64,000 nucleotides of DNA from an uncultured Planctomycetales bacterium. GTDB taxonomy: Bacteria > Omnitrophota > Gorgyraeia > Zapsychrales > JAHFFX01. This document shows positions 48,196 to 58,352 of this stretch, in pieces. The first letter of the stretch is position 1. Each line of letters starts with the position of its first letter. Location: NCBI GenBank assembly GCA_964612665.1, contig CAZTCI010000004.1, positions 78,376-142,375 on the forward strand, written 5' to 3'. The position numbers and the translations under genes are program-made. The notes under the pieces were generated by a model. That model saw only the letters and a program-made list of their open reading frames with translations, did no database searches and was not told the DNA's origin.

Positions 48196-49290
48196 ATGCA
48201 TAAGGCTATTTTATATCTCGACGACGGTTCAAGTTTCGTCGGCCAATCTCTGGCCACAACCGGCGAAACGACGGGAGAAGTTGTCTTTAATACCGCGATG
48301 AGCGGTTATCAAGAAGTCTTGACCGATCCTTCCTACGCCGGACAAATTGTAGTCATGACCTACCCTTTGATCGGCAATTATGGCGTTAATAAAAAAGACG
48401 TCGAATCCAACAAAATTTATCTGCGTGGCTTCATAGTCAAAGAGTTCTGCCGGTATCATTCCAATTTCCGCGCCACCCAAAGTTTAATCGATTATTTAAA
48501 TGATAATAAAATCCTCGCTGTTGAAGGCATCGATACCCGTGCGTTAACCAGACGTTTACGTTTGACCGGCGCCATGAAAGGTATTATCTCGACGGAGAAT
48601 CTCGATCCCAAATCTCTGGCGAAGAAACTGAAAAATGCGCCGGACATGGTCGGCTGGGATTTGGTCAAAGATGTCACGACCCGCGAAAAATATGTTTGGC
48701 CCGTCGAAGGCAAGAAACTTTTTACCGTCGCGGCGATTGATTGCGGCATCAAATTCAATATCCTGCGCATTCTAGCCAAGCTTGGCTGCGAAGTTCATGT
48801 CTTTCCGGCCCAATCCACCATTCAAGACATCATGGATATCAAACCCGACGGGCTTTTCATCTCAAACGGCCCGGGTGATCCGGCGGTTGTCACTTATGTG
48901 ATTAAACTTGTTCAGGATTCGTTAGGAAAACTTCCAACATTCGGCATTTGTTTAGGGAATCAAATCGTCGGCCTTGCGCTCGGCGGTCAAACTTATAAAT
49001 TAAAATTCGGCCACCACGGCGCGAACCATCCGGTTAAAGATTTTGAAAACAGCAAGATCGGCATCACTTCACAGAACCACGGCTTTTGCGTTGACCCAAA
49101 GACGCTTAATCAAAATGACGTCGAGGTTATTCACCGTAATTTGAATGATCAAACCGTCGAAGGCTTGAAGCACAAACGATTTCCACTATTTTCAATTCAG
49201 TATCATCCAGAGGCAGCCCCAGGCCCGCAGGATGCGCAGTATTTGTTTTGGGAATTTATTCGGATGATGGAAGAGTTTCGTCGAAAGTAA
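48196..49290 (+). CDS. carA: Carbamoyl-phosphate synthase small (glutamine amidotransferase) subunit
   Basis: 364 aa. CPSase small-chain N-domain (...GEVVFNTAMSGYQEVLTDPSYAGQIVV...) and GATase (...FGICLGNQI...HHG...). Confidence 0.92.
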   Translation: MHKAILYLDDGSSFVGQSLATTGETTGEVVFNTAMSGYQEVLTDPSYAGQIVVMTYPLIGNYGVNKKDVESNKIYLRGFIVKEFCRYHSNFRATQSLIDYLNDNKILAVEGIDTRALTRRLRLTGAMKGIISTENLDPKSLAKKLKNAPDMVGWDLVKDVTTREKYVWPVEGKKLFTVAAIDCGIKFNILRILAKLGCEVHVFPAQSTIQDIMDIKPDGLFISNGPGDPAVVTYVIKLVQDSLGKLPTFGICLGNQIVGLALGGQTYKLKFGHHGANHPVKDFENSKIGITSQNHGFCVDPKTLNQNDVEVIHRNLNDQTVEGLKHKRFPLFSIQYHPEAAPGPQDAQYLFWEFIRMMEEFRRK

Positions 49291-49297
49291 AATATAT

Positions 49298-49383
49298 TGT
49301 CGTTCGTTTATTCGTCGTTCGAGGAATTCGTTCCTTAAATTAAAAGGACGATTTCCCCGAACGACGAACGACGAACCAAACGA
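49298..49383. repeat. MITE/REP-like palindromic intergenic repeat, copy B (between carA and carB)
   Basis: TCGTTCGTTTATTCGTCGTTCGAGGAATTCGTT...CGAACGACGAACGACGAAC. The terminal inverted arms (CGTCGTTCG / CGAACGACG) and the GAGGAATTCGTT core are shared with copy A. Confidence 0.55.
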
Positions 49384-49385
49384 AC

Positions 49386-52300
49386 ATGCCTAAAAGAACT
49401 GACATAAAGAAAATCTTACTCATAGGTTCCGGCCCGATTGTCATCGGCCAAGCCTGCGAATTCGATTACTCAGGAACGCAAGCCTGTAAAGCGCTGCGCG
49501 AGGAAGGGTTTGAAATTGTTTTAGTGAATTCGAATCCTGCGACGATCATGACGGATCCCGAGCTTGCGGATCATACTTACGTTGAACCGCTCACGCTGGA
49601 GTTTGTTGAAAAGATAATTGAAAAAGAACGCCCCGACGCGATTTTGCCGACGCTCGGCGGCCAGACCGCGCTTAATTTAGCGATGAAGCTTTTTGAAGCA
49701 GGTGTTCTTAAAAAGTACAACGTCAAAATGATTGGTGCGGATTACCAAGTGATCAAGAAAGCCGAGGACCGTTCGTGCTTTAAGGAAGCGGTATTGAAAG
49801 TTGGGTTGAGTGTTCCCAAAAGCGCTTTTGCTCATTCTCTCGACGAGGCACGCAAGGCCGCGAAGAAAATCGGGTTTCCTTTAATTATCCGTCCGAGTTT
49901 TACATTAGGCGGCACCGGCGGCGGGATCGCGCAGGACATGGAAGATCTTGAACGCATAGCGTCGCTTGGTATCGAATCGAGCATGATTCATGAAGTTCTT
50001 ATTGAAGAATCGATCGAAGGGTGGAAAGAATATGAACTTGAAGTCATGCGCGATTGCAAAGACAACGTCGTGATTGTGTGCTCGATTGAAAATTTAGACC
50101 CGATGGGCGTTCATACCGGCGACAGTATTACCGTTGCGCCGGCGCAAACATTGACGGACCGCGAATATCAGGAGATGCGCAATGCCGCGTTGAAGTTGAT
50201 CCGCGAAATTGGCGTTGAGACCGGCGGTTCTAATATTCAATTTGCCGTCAATCCTCGAGATGGACGAATGGTTGTGATTGAAATGAATCCGCGCGTCTCG
50301 CGTTCCTCGGCGCTGGCAAGTAAAGCGACGGGCTTTCCGATTGCGAAATTCGCCGCTAAACTGGCGGTTGGTTATTCGCTCGATGAGATTCAAAATGATA
50401 TTACGAAAGAAACACCCGCTTCCTTTGAGCCTACGATCGATTATTGTGTTGTCAAAGCGCCGCGCTTTACGTTTGAAAAATTTCCGGAAGCCAAAGATAT
50501 CCTGGGCGTTTCGATGAAATCCGTCGGAGAAACCATGGCGATCGGCCGCACGTTTAAAGAAGCTTTGCAAAAAGCCCTGCGCGGTCTTGAGATTGGGCAT
50601 ATTGGATTGGATAACAAACTCGACTTTCGCACAATTCCTGACGACAAAATTCAGCTTCGCCTGGCCCAGCCGAATGCGTCACGGATTTTTTACATCAAAT
50701 ACGCGCTTCAAAAAGGCATGACACTTGAAAGAATTTGTGAAATTACCAAAATTGATCCCTGGTTTATCGCCCACATCAAACAGATTTTGGATTTTGAAAA
50801 TGAATTGATTGTAACTTTTCAGAAAGAAAAGAAATTATCTGCCGAAATACTTCGCAAAGCCAAAGAATATGGGTTCAGCGACGGGCAATTGGCGCAGATT
50901 ATGGGAAAGAAAGAAACCGAAGTCAGGGAACTGCGGAAAAAATCAGGAATCAAAGCGACGTTTAAGCTGGTTGATACTTGCGCGGCGGAGTTTGAAGCGT
51001 ACACGCCTTATTATTATTCGACGTACGAAACCGAAGATGAAGCGATATTGAAAGATGAGGAGTTGACGAAGCGGGCCGCCGCTTCGCGCAAAAAGATTAT
51101 GATCCTAGGCGGCGGCCCAAACCGGATCGGCCAGGGCATCGAGTTCGATTATTGCTGCTGCCACGCGTCTTTCGCGCTTAAGGAAATGGGATTCGAAACG
51201 ATCATGGTCAATTCCAATCCTGAAACCGTTTCAACCGATTACGACACCTCCGACCGTTTGTATTTCGAGCCGCTCACCTTTGAAGATGTGATGAACATTA
51301 TCGACGTGGAAAAGCCAAACGGCGTTATCGTTCAATTCGGCGGACAAACCCCGCTTAATCTGGCCCGCCGGTTACATCAAGCCGGCGTTCCAATTATCGG
51401 CACCAGCGTCGATGCGATTGACACGGCTGAAAACCGCGAACTTTTCGCACGGTTGATTCAGCAATTGGGTTTGTTACAGCCGGACAATGGTTCGGCAACG
51501 TCCGTCGATGAAGTTGTTCAAATCGCGAACCGGATCGGTTATCCGGTTTTGGCGCGGCCCTCGTATGTTTTAGGCGGCCGCGCGATGCGCATCGTTTACG
51601 ACAAAGAATCGCTGCTGTCTTTTATTGAAGAAGCCAAAGAAGTTTCTGCCGGGCATCCGGTTTTGATTGATAAATTCGTCGAGGACGCGCTGGAAGCGGA
51701 TGTAGATGCGATTTGCGACGGGCAGGAAACTTATGTCGCCGGTATCATGGAACATATTGAAAACGCCGGCATTCATTCGGGTGATTCGGCGTGCGTCTTG
51801 CCGCCGCACACGCTCAGCGAAAATCTCATTGATCAAATTAAAAAGCAAACCTGTTTGATTGCCCAGCGCTTGAAGGTCGTCGGACTTTTAAATATTCAAT
51901 TTGCGATTAAGGGAAGCAAGATTTATGTTTTGGAAGTGAATCCGCGCGCTTCGCGGACCTCGCCTTTTGTCAGCAAAGCGACCGGAATTCCACTCGCCAA
52001 AATTGCCGCGCAGATCATGGCTGGCAAAAAGCTCCGCGATTTTAAGCTGGATGAGATTCAGCCGCTTGAACATGTTTCGGTTAAAGAATCGGTTTTACCT
52101 TTCTCTAGATTTTCCGGTGTCGACATTGTGTTAGGACCGGAAATGAAATCAACCGGAGAAGTGATGGGCATTGCCATGAATTTTGGCGAAGCCTTTGCGA
52201 AATCCCAGTGGGCCGCTGGACAAGCCCTTCCTCGACGAGGTAAAATATTTATAAGCGTCAACGACAACGACAAAAGACACGTTGCTTTTTTGGCCAAACG

Positions 52301-52673
52301 CTTAAAAGATTTAAAGTTTGCTCTTGTTTCAACACGCGGGACAGCTAAAGTATTGCAGTCCAACGGCGTCAAAGTTGAAATGGTGGATAAGCACGGTGAA
52401 GGCCGCAACAATCTGTTGACATTGATCCAAAAAAATGAGATAAACTTGATCATCAACACACCTTCAGGAAAAAAAAGCCAATCCGACATGCGAGCAATCC
52501 GTGCCGCAGCCATCTTACATAACGTTCCATGTATAACAACCTTGCAAGGCGCCGAAGCCGCCGTCAACGGCATTGAGGCCAGCCTTGAGAATGAATTTAC
52601 GGTACAGTCGTTGCAAGAGTATTATAAGCAGAGAATTGGTAAAGGAATTTTAACAGCCAATTCTAATGCCTAA
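49386..52673 (+). CDS. carB: Carbamoyl-phosphate synthase large subunit
   Basis: 1095 aa. Duplicated ATP-grasp halves ([25 protein letters not shown]..., [22 protein letters not shown]...) and an MGS-like C-domain. Confidence 0.95.
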   Translation: MPKRTDIKKILLIGSGPIVIGQACEFDYSGTQACKALREEGFEIVLVNSNPATIMTDPELADHTYVEPLTLEFVEKIIEKERPDAILPTLGGQTALNLAMKLFEAGVLKKYNVKMIGADYQVIKKAEDRSCFKEAVLKVGLSVPKSAFAHSLDEARKAAKKIGFPLIIRPSFTLGGTGGGIAQDMEDLERIASLGIESSMIHEVLIEESIEGWKEYELEVMRDCKDNVVIVCSIENLDPMGVHTGDSITVAPAQTLTDREYQEMRNAALKLIREIGVETGGSNIQFAVNPRDGRMVVIEMNPRVSRSSALASKATGFPIAKFAAKLAVGYSLDEIQNDITKETPASFEPTIDYCVVKAPRFTFEKFPEAKDILGVSMKSVGETMAIGRTFKEALQKALRGLEIGHIGLDNKLDFRTIPDDKIQLRLAQPNASRIFYIKYALQKGMTLERICEITKIDPWFIAHIKQILDFENELIVTFQKEKKLSAEILRKAKEYGFSDGQLAQIMGKKETEVRELRKKSGIKATFKLVDTCAAEFEAYTPYYYSTYETEDEAILKDEELTKRAAASRKKIMILGGGPNRIGQGIEFDYCCCHASFALKEMGFETIMVNSNPETVSTDYDTSDRLYFEPLTFEDVMNIIDVEKPNGVIVQFGGQTPLNLARRLHQAGVPIIGTSVDAIDTAENRELFARLIQQLGLLQPDNGSATSVDEVVQIANRIGYPVLARPSYVLGGRAMRIVYDKESLLSFIEEAKEVSAGHPVLIDKFVEDALEADVDAICDGQETYVAGIMEHIENAGIHSGDSACVLPPHTLSENLIDQIKKQTCLIAQRLKVVGLLNIQFAIKGSKIYVLEVNPRASRTSPFVSKATGIPLAKIAAQIMAGKKLRDFKLDEIQPLEHVSVKESVLPFSRFSGVDIVLGPEMKSTGEVMGIAMNFGEAFAKSQWAAGQALPRRGKIFISVNDNDKRHVAFLAKRLKDLKFALVSTRGTAKVLQSNGVKVEMVDKHGEGRNNLLTLIQKNEINLIINTPSGKKSQSDMRAIRAAAILHNVPCITTLQGAEAAVNGIEASLENEFTVQSLQEYYKQRIGKGILTANSNA

Positions 52674-52720
52674 AAGTTATAGCTAAAAAGCACGAAATCC
52701 GAAACCCTAAATAAAATCGA

Positions 52721-52760
52721 GATTCTAAATTCCGAACTAAGCGTTTGGAATTAGAATTTT
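52721..52760 (+). terminator. Hairpin after carB (probable terminator)
   Basis: TTCTAAATTCCGAAC-taagc-GTTTGGAATTAGAA followed by TTTT. Confidence 0.4.
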
Positions 52761-52803
52761 AAATTTTAAAGCTCGTTAAAACGTTTTAAAGAAAGGCTTC
52801 AAA

Positions 52804-54183
52804 ATGTGTGGAATCGTCGGTGTTTCAAATCATAAAGAAGCGGCGAAAATTGCGTTTCTGGGACTCTATGCGCTTCAGCACCGCGGGGAAGAAGCCGCCG
52901 GCATCGCTTCTTACGACGGGAAAGACGTGCATATCATTAAATCTCCCGGCCTTGTTGATGAAGCCTTTGATGAAAAAGCTTTAACTGAACTTAAAGGAAC
53001 CGTCGCGATCGGTCATTCCCGTTATTCCACGACGGGCTCAAGCAATATCAAAAATATCCAACCATTTCTCGCGATGCACAAATCCAAACCGCTTGTCGTC
53101 GCTCACAACGGCAATCTCACCAACACGGAATATCTTTACAAAAAATTAGAAGAAGAAGGCGCCATCTTTCAAACATCGATGGATTCCGAAATCATTGTTC
53201 ACCTTTTGGCCCGCACGAAAAACGGCGATATGAAAGAGTGGTTTATCAAAGTCTTGTCTCAGCTGGAAGGCGCGTTTTCGCTGGTTTTACTCGTCGGAGA
53301 TACGATTGTCGGCGTGAGAGACCCGCATGGGTTCCGGCCGCTTTGTTTGGGGAAGCTTGATGATGGCTATATTTTGGCGTCGGAAACCTGCGCGCTTGAT
53401 TTGGTCAAGGCCGAATTTATCCGCGAAATCGCACCCGGCGAAATTATTTTGATCAAGGGCAATAAGACAGATTCGTTTTCGCTCCCGCCAGCGCGCAAGG
53501 CCGCCTGTATTTTTGAAAACGTTTATTTCGCCCGGCCTGACAGCAATATTTTTAACGATAATGTCTATCAAGTGCGCAAACGTTTGGGCGCGCAGCTGGC
53601 CAAAGAACATCCGGTCAAAGGCGCGGATTTTGTCATGGCGATCCCTGATTCGGGAACGTACGCTGCGGCGGGTTATGCGCAGGAATTGAAATTGCCGCTT
53701 GAGGTGGGCATGATCCGCAACCATTATATCGGCCGGACGTTTATTCAGCCGTCACAATTCATGCGCGATTTTCGCGTGCGTGTTAAACTTAATCCGATTA
53801 GCAGTGTTTTAAAAGGAAAGAAGGTCATTGTCGTCGAGGATTCGATTGTCCGCGGAACAACCAGCCGCAGCCGCGTGGAAGAGTTAAGAAATGCCGGCGC
53901 CAAAGAAATTCATATGCGCATCAGCTGTCCGCCGATCCGTTTCCCTTGTTTTTACGGCATTGATTTTCCCAGCCGCAGTGAATTGATTGCGGCCAACAAA
54001 TCCGTTGAAGAAATCGCAAAGTTTATTCAAGTTGATTCACTGGAATATCTGAGTTTGGAAGGGATGTTGAGTGTGGTTAAGAATTCAAAGGATTTTTGCC
54101 ATGCGTGTTTTAGCGGCGATTATCCGGTCAAAATAGCGACGACGCAGGGGAAGTACTTGTTAGAGGGAGTAAAGTCTGATTGA
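52804..54183 (+). CDS. purF: Amidophosphoribosyltransferase
   Basis: 459 aa. MCGIVGV is the Ntn Cys1, and the PRTase domain follows (...VIVVEDSIVRGTT...). Confidence 0.93.
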   Translation: MCGIVGVSNHKEAAKIAFLGLYALQHRGEEAAGIASYDGKDVHIIKSPGLVDEAFDEKALTELKGTVAIGHSRYSTTGSSNIKNIQPFLAMHKSKPLVVAHNGNLTNTEYLYKKLEEEGAIFQTSMDSEIIVHLLARTKNGDMKEWFIKVLSQLEGAFSLVLLVGDTIVGVRDPHGFRPLCLGKLDDGYILASETCALDLVKAEFIREIAPGEIILIKGNKTDSFSLPPARKAACIFENVYFARPDSNIFNDNVYQVRKRLGAQLAKEHPVKGADFVMAIPDSGTYAAAGYAQELKLPLEVGMIRNHYIGRTFIQPSQFMRDFRVRVKLNPISSVLKGKKVIVVEDSIVRGTTSRSRVEELRNAGAKEIHMRISCPPIRFPCFYGIDFPSRSELIAANKSVEEIAKFIQVDSLEYLSLEGMLSVVKNSKDFCHACFSGDYPVKIATTQGKYLLEGVKSD

Positions 54184-54596
54184 AAGTAAGAATTTTAATA
54201 GGCATTCTTATTAGTATTTTTATTATTAGCATAGTTTTCATTTATTTATGCACGTGGGGAATTAAAGAGCATGAGAAAAGAGTTGCGAGTTGGCCTATTG
54301 TTAATAGTCAAATTATTAAGGTAGGAATGAGAGAAGAATTTCGCGGAGGAGTAAGTTCTACAAGGCCTGCTGCACAAAAATTTGATATCTGTTTTTCTGG
54401 TAAGATTGATTATGAATATGTATTAGAACAGAAGAAATTTGTGGGTAATCAATTTATTGACCATTGTTTTGAACCGTGGATGAAAAATCGGATGAAAAGA
54501 TTTGAAGAGAATTTTCAGAATGGAAAACAAATAAAAATTCATTACAATCCTTTTAACCCCAAAGAATCTCTTTTGGATCTAGGTGAGAATGAGTAA
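54180..54596 (+). CDS. Small membrane protein (DUF3592-like), TTG start overlapping the purF stop
   Basis: 138 aa. N-terminal TM (ILIGILISIFIISIVFIYLC), then W..V.S.I... and Y.YVLEQKKFVG, which resembles the DUF3592 pattern. The start codon is TTG at 54180. Confidence 0.4.
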   Translation: MKVRILIGILISIFIISIVFIYLCTWGIKEHEKRVASWPIVNSQIIKVGMREEFRGGVSSTRPAAQKFDICFSGKIDYEYVLEQKKFVGNQFIDHCFEPWMKNRMKRFEENFQNGKQIKIHYNPFNPKESLLDLGENE

Positions 54597-56271
54597 ATTT
54601 ATTTTTATAACCGGTGGTGTCGTTTCGAGTTTAGGAAAAGGTATTGCTGCCGCTTCGATAGGCAAACTTCTGGAAGCGCGCGGTTTGACCACGACGATCA
54701 TCAAGTGCGATCCTTACCTTAATGTCGATCCTGGAACGATGAATCCTTATCAGCACGGTGAAGTTTATGTCACGAGCGACGGTGCGGAAACGGATTTAGA
54801 TCTCGGACACTATGAACGTTTCACCAACGCCCAGATCAGCCAGGACAACAATATCACGACGGGAAAAATTTATTATTCGGTTATTATGAAAGAACGCCGC
54901 GGTGATTATCTGGGCAAAACGGTTCAAATCATTCCACACATTACCGATGAAATAAAGAAAAGTATCCGTAAAGTCGCCAAAGACCGCGATGTTGATGTGG
55001 CGATCGTTGAAATTGGTGGAACCGTCGGTGATATCGAAAGCTTACCTTTCTTGGAATCTATCCGCCAAATGCGTTGGGAAGTAGGGCAAGGATATGCGAT
55101 CAATATTCACGTGACACTTTTACCTTATATTCGTTCAGCAGGAGAACAAAAAACCAAGCCGACTCAACACAGCGTTGGGCGTTTGCGTGAAATTGGAATC
55201 CAGCCGGACATTTTACTTTGCCGCACCGAAAAACATATTTCCAAAGAAGAACGCGAGAAGATTGCGCTTTTTTGTAACGTCGATAAAGAAGCGGTCATTG
55301 AAGCCTGCGATGTTAAACACATTTACGAAGTGCCGCTGTGGTTTAAAAAAGAAGGGCTTGATGATTTGATTTTGAAACGGCTCAATATTAAAAGTGAAGA
55401 GCGTGATCTTAAAGATTGGGAACAGAATGTGGTGAACCGTTTGCGGAATCCCCAGAAGGAAGCGACAATCGCCGTCGTCGGGAAATATATCGCGCTGCCG
55501 GATGCGTATAAATCCATTTATGAAGCTTTGGTTCATGGAGGCATTGCCAATAATGTCCGCGTGAATGTCATTAAAGTAGATTCGGAAGATTTGACCCGCG
55601 ATAACGCGAAAAGAACGTTGGCTGGTGTGCATGGTATCTTGGTGCCAGGCGGATTTGGCGCGCGCGGCATTCAAGGTAAAATCGAAGCCGTTCGTTTCGC
55701 CCGTGAAAATAAGATTCCTTTTTTGGGAATTTGTTTAGGAATGCAGATCGCGACAATTGAATTTGCCCGTCACGTCTGCGGGCTTAAAGATGCTAACTCG
55801 ACGGAGTTTGACAAAGAAACCCATGATCCAGTGATCAGTCTTTTGGAAGAACAAAAGAATGTCAAAGAGATGGGTGCAAGCATGCGTTTGGGCTCTTTTG
55901 CTTGTCATCTGGCGAAAGATTCGAACAGTCTTCAAGCGTATAAAAAAGATCAGATCACTGAACGTCATCGTCACCGTTATGAATTCAACAACGCTTACCG
56001 CGATGTTTTTGAAAAACAAGGGATTCTTTTTGCGGGCATTTATACGCAGAAGGATTTGGTCGAAATCATTGAGCTTAAAAACCATCCATGGTTTGTTGCC
56101 TGCCAATTCCATCCAGAATTCCAGTCCAAACCGGACCGGGCGCATCCATTGTTCCGCAATTTTATAAAAGCCGCCCTTAGTCATCAGCCGAATCCTGCCG
56201 CGGTCCGCTCATTGCCTTCCAAAGAAAGACCATTAAAAAATAAAAAAGCAATTCAATCGAATTCGGTTTGA
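54589..56271 (+). CDS. pyrG: CTP synthase
   Basis: MSKFIFITGGVVSSLGKGIAAASIG... is the canonical PyrG N-terminus, with a C-terminal GATase (...GICLGMQ...). The ATG is at 54589; the track start at 54583 is GTG. Confidence 0.93.
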   Translation: MSKFIFITGGVVSSLGKGIAAASIGKLLEARGLTTTIIKCDPYLNVDPGTMNPYQHGEVYVTSDGAETDLDLGHYERFTNAQISQDNNITTGKIYYSVIMKERRGDYLGKTVQIIPHITDEIKKSIRKVAKDRDVDVAIVEIGGTVGDIESLPFLESIRQMRWEVGQGYAINIHVTLLPYIRSAGEQKTKPTQHSVGRLREIGIQPDILLCRTEKHISKEEREKIALFCNVDKEAVIEACDVKHIYEVPLWFKKEGLDDLILKRLNIKSEERDLKDWEQNVVNRLRNPQKEATIAVVGKYIALPDAYKSIYEALVHGGIANNVRVNVIKVDSEDLTRDNAKRTLAGVHGILVPGGFGARGIQGKIEAVRFARENKIPFLGICLGMQIATIEFARHVCGLKDANSTEFDKETHDPVISLLEEQKNVKEMGASMRLGSFACHLAKDSNSLQAYKKDQITERHRHRYEFNNAYRDVFEKQGILFAGIYTQKDLVEIIELKNHPWFVACQFHPEFQSKPDRAHPLFRNFIKAALSHQPNPAAVRSLPSKERPLKNKKAIQSNSV

Positions 56272-56430
56272 ACTAAAAATATGACGCTAAACCAAAATTG
56301 CAATTTGAGGTTTTCCGTATATAATTGTTTTCTACGCTTTCATACTTTCGTGTGAAAGCTTCGAAGCACCAAGGTCTCAAGAATTTGTATATGTTTGTAG
56401 CTTCGTAGGAGCTAGCTGCTGCGAAGCAGA

Positions 56431-56512
56431 GCGCGGGTGGCGGAATTGGTATACGCGCACGTTTGAGGGGCGTGTGGGGCAACCCGTGAGAGTTCAATTC
56501 TCTCCCCGCGCA
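56431..56512 (+). tRNA. tRNA-Leu (anticodon GAG), type II with long variable arm
   Basis: Manual fold. Acceptor GCGCGGG/CCCGCGC plus discriminator A. D-arm GCGG-AATTGGTAT-ACGC, nearly identical to the E. coli tRNA-Leu D-arm. Anticodon stem CACGT/GCGTG with loop TTGAGGG. Variable arm GGGGCAACCC. T-arm GAGAG-TTCAATT-CTCTC. CCA is not encoded. Confidence 0.8.
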
Positions 56513-56581
56513 TTTAAAATTTTATTTATTCCAAGCATTTGACCCTTATTCAAGCAGTTTTAATGGAAAGATTCCTTTCTT

Positions 56582-57280
56582 ATGACTGCCAACAAACCTC
56601 GAACCAGACTCATTTCTACGTTTAAACAAAGCGCTGTTTTTTATTTAAAGAATATTTTTTCTTTTATCATATTAGCCGCTTGGAGCGTTGTTCCGTTTTC
56701 CATTTTGCTTGTTATCATTTTTTATTTGGGACTGACTCAAAGGCAAGTAACTTTCTTATCGAATCTTTTATCTTCTTGGATTTATTGCCTGCTTTTGTTT
56801 TGGTTGCACTTTACCCTTATTAAATGGTGTGAAGTTAAATGGCGCGACGAAAAACCTCAAGTTTTAACCGCATATGCGCAAGGATTGACGGAGATTTTGA
56901 CTTTTTCATGGCGGTTTTCGATTCCTTTTATTTTGTTTTATTTGTTCGTTGTTGTCCTTCCTTTTTTGGGAGGGCCAGTTTTATATAATATTCCTTTGGC
57001 AGCGGCTTTGTTATATTATTACCTTTCTCCCTCGAGATTGAATCCATCTAAAAGAGAATTTGCAGCGTTTGCGGCGATTTTGATTTTCTTCATGAGCGGT
57101 ATTGCTTCCTTGGTTGACCCGTTTTCAGAGTGGGCTTACTCTGATATGTTATTTTTGGGTGATGTTTTGCCTGCCGTATTCCACGTTATGGTGTTTAATC
57201 TAGGTATGGTTATTTTAGGTTTCTTTCCGGCTGTTGTATTTTTTATATTAGCGAACAATCTAAAAAGACAGGAAGCGTAA
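56582..57280 (+). CDS. Hypothetical integral membrane protein (about 6 TM)
   Basis: 232 aa, highly hydrophobic, no recognisable motif. Confidence 0.4.
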   Translation: MTANKPRTRLISTFKQSAVFYLKNIFSFIILAAWSVVPFSILLVIIFYLGLTQRQVTFLSNLLSSWIYCLLLFWLHFTLIKWCEVKWRDEKPQVLTAYAQGLTEILTFSWRFSIPFILFYLFVVVLPFLGGPVLYNIPLAAALLYYYLSPSRLNPSKREFAAFAAILIFFMSGIASLVDPFSEWAYSDMLFLGDVLPAVFHVMVFNLGMVILGFFPAVVFFILANNLKRQEA

Positions 57281-57987
57281 TGCCTAGATTATCAGTTAGC
57301 GCCAGTATTCTTTGCGCTGATTTTACCCGATTGGGAGAAGAGATTAGGAAGACAGAAGAAGCCGGTGCAGACATGATTCACGTCGATGTAATGGACGGGC
57401 ATTTTGTTCCCAACATTACAATCGGTCCGGTGATTGTAAATGCTATCCGGCCGTTAACCCGTTTGCCGATTGAGGCGCATTTGATGATTGAGAATCCGGG
57501 TAACTATATTGAAGCGTTTGCTGAAGCGGGCACCGATATTATTTCTGTTCATGCAGAATGTTATGGAACCCGGCGGGCTTCATCCAGATTGCCTGGGCAG
57601 TTTCCTAAAGAAATTGATGAAATTGATCCGGCGTTGGTGCGTAAGGATATTTCAAAGATTAAAAGCCTCGGCCGGAGAATTTTTTTGACGATAAATCCTG
57701 GAACGCCGATGTGTTTGCAACCGGTTTTAAAAGATATCGACGGCATTTTAATTATGTCGGTTAATCCGGGCTTTGCCAAACAAGCCTTTATGCCGGAAGT
57801 ATTGGATAAGATAAGAGAATTACGGAAGATTTATTCAGGTGATATTTCCATCGACGGCGGCATCAACGATAAAACAGCACCCCAAGCGGTTAAAGCGGGC
57901 GCTAATATTTTGGTAACGGCCAGTTACTTTTACGGCGCTAAAGACCGCGCACAGGTGGTTAAGATTTTAAAAGCCCCGGCCGTCTAA
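57280..57987 (+). CDS. rpe: Ribulose-phosphate 3-epimerase
   Basis: 235 aa. ...SASILCADFTRLGEEIRKTEEAGADMIHVDVMDGHFVPNITIGP... is the canonical Rpe N-terminus with metal-binding His/Asp. Confidence 0.88.
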   Translation: MPRLSVSASILCADFTRLGEEIRKTEEAGADMIHVDVMDGHFVPNITIGPVIVNAIRPLTRLPIEAHLMIENPGNYIEAFAEAGTDIISVHAECYGTRRASSRLPGQFPKEIDEIDPALVRKDISKIKSLGRRIFLTINPGTPMCLQPVLKDIDGILIMSVNPGFAKQAFMPEVLDKIRELRKIYSGDISIDGGINDKTAPQAVKAGANILVTASYFYGAKDRAQVVKILKAPAV

Positions 57988-58073
57988 AGGTCTTTTAGGA
58001 TTCCTGCGTTGCCAAAGTTGTTTAAGGCGTGGTATATTTAAAGCGTAGAGACAAATACTCTTATCATTTTTCC

Positions 58074-58289
58074 ATGAAAAGAAAATTTCGAACTCAATAT
58101 CTTTCATCTCATCGGGCACAAACGGCCATTGAATACATGCTGCTTTTATTGATTGTGACTTTGGTCGTCTTGTCGGGGATTAAAAATTTATTGCCTAGAA
58201 CCCAGAAAGCCTCTGAAATTTTCTATAACAATGCGACTATTGCGATTTATGGTAAACCGCCAGAGATTTTACAGGCGGTAGGTCCGTAA
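58074..58289 (+). CDS. Flp/Fap-type (class III signal) pilin-like small protein
   Basis: About 71 aa from the ATG at 58074. The basic leader ...SSHRA is followed by QTAIEYMLLLLIVTLVVLSGI, which resembles the Flp-pilin G/A-xTAIEY-hydrophobic motif. Confidence 0.4.
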   Translation: MKRKFRTQYLSSHRAQTAIEYMLLLLIVTLVVLSGIKNLLPRTQKASEIFYNNATIAIYGKPPEILQAVGP

Positions 58290-58310
58290 AGTTTTTGTAG
58301 TAGACTTATA

Positions 58311-58347
58311 AAAACCCCCTGGATCCTATTTGGTTCCAGGGGGTTTT
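58311..58347. terminator. Bidirectional terminator between the convergent Flp-like gene and the GGDEF operon
   Basis: AAAAACCCCCTGGA-tcctatttggt-TCCAGGGGGTTTTAT, with A/T runs on both sides. Confidence 0.65.
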
Positions 58348-58352
58348 ATATC

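Noticed and set aside
50094-52573. 168-aa and 171-aa minus-strand ORFs inside carB, and similar antisense ORFs inside pyrG, gltB and gspE
   Set aside because: They lie inside highly conserved housekeeping genes on the opposite strand, as is typical of GC-skewed codon position 3. They are spurious.
52674-52803. Possible purine or ZTP riboswitch upstream of purF
   Set aside because: No recognisable conserved riboswitch core was found. The only structure is a hairpin plus T-run, best explained as the carB terminator.
56273-56497. 74-aa minus-strand ORF downstream of pyrG
   Set aside because: It overlaps the tRNA-Leu gene and two upstream hairpins. The region is RNA-coding or regulatory, not protein-coding.
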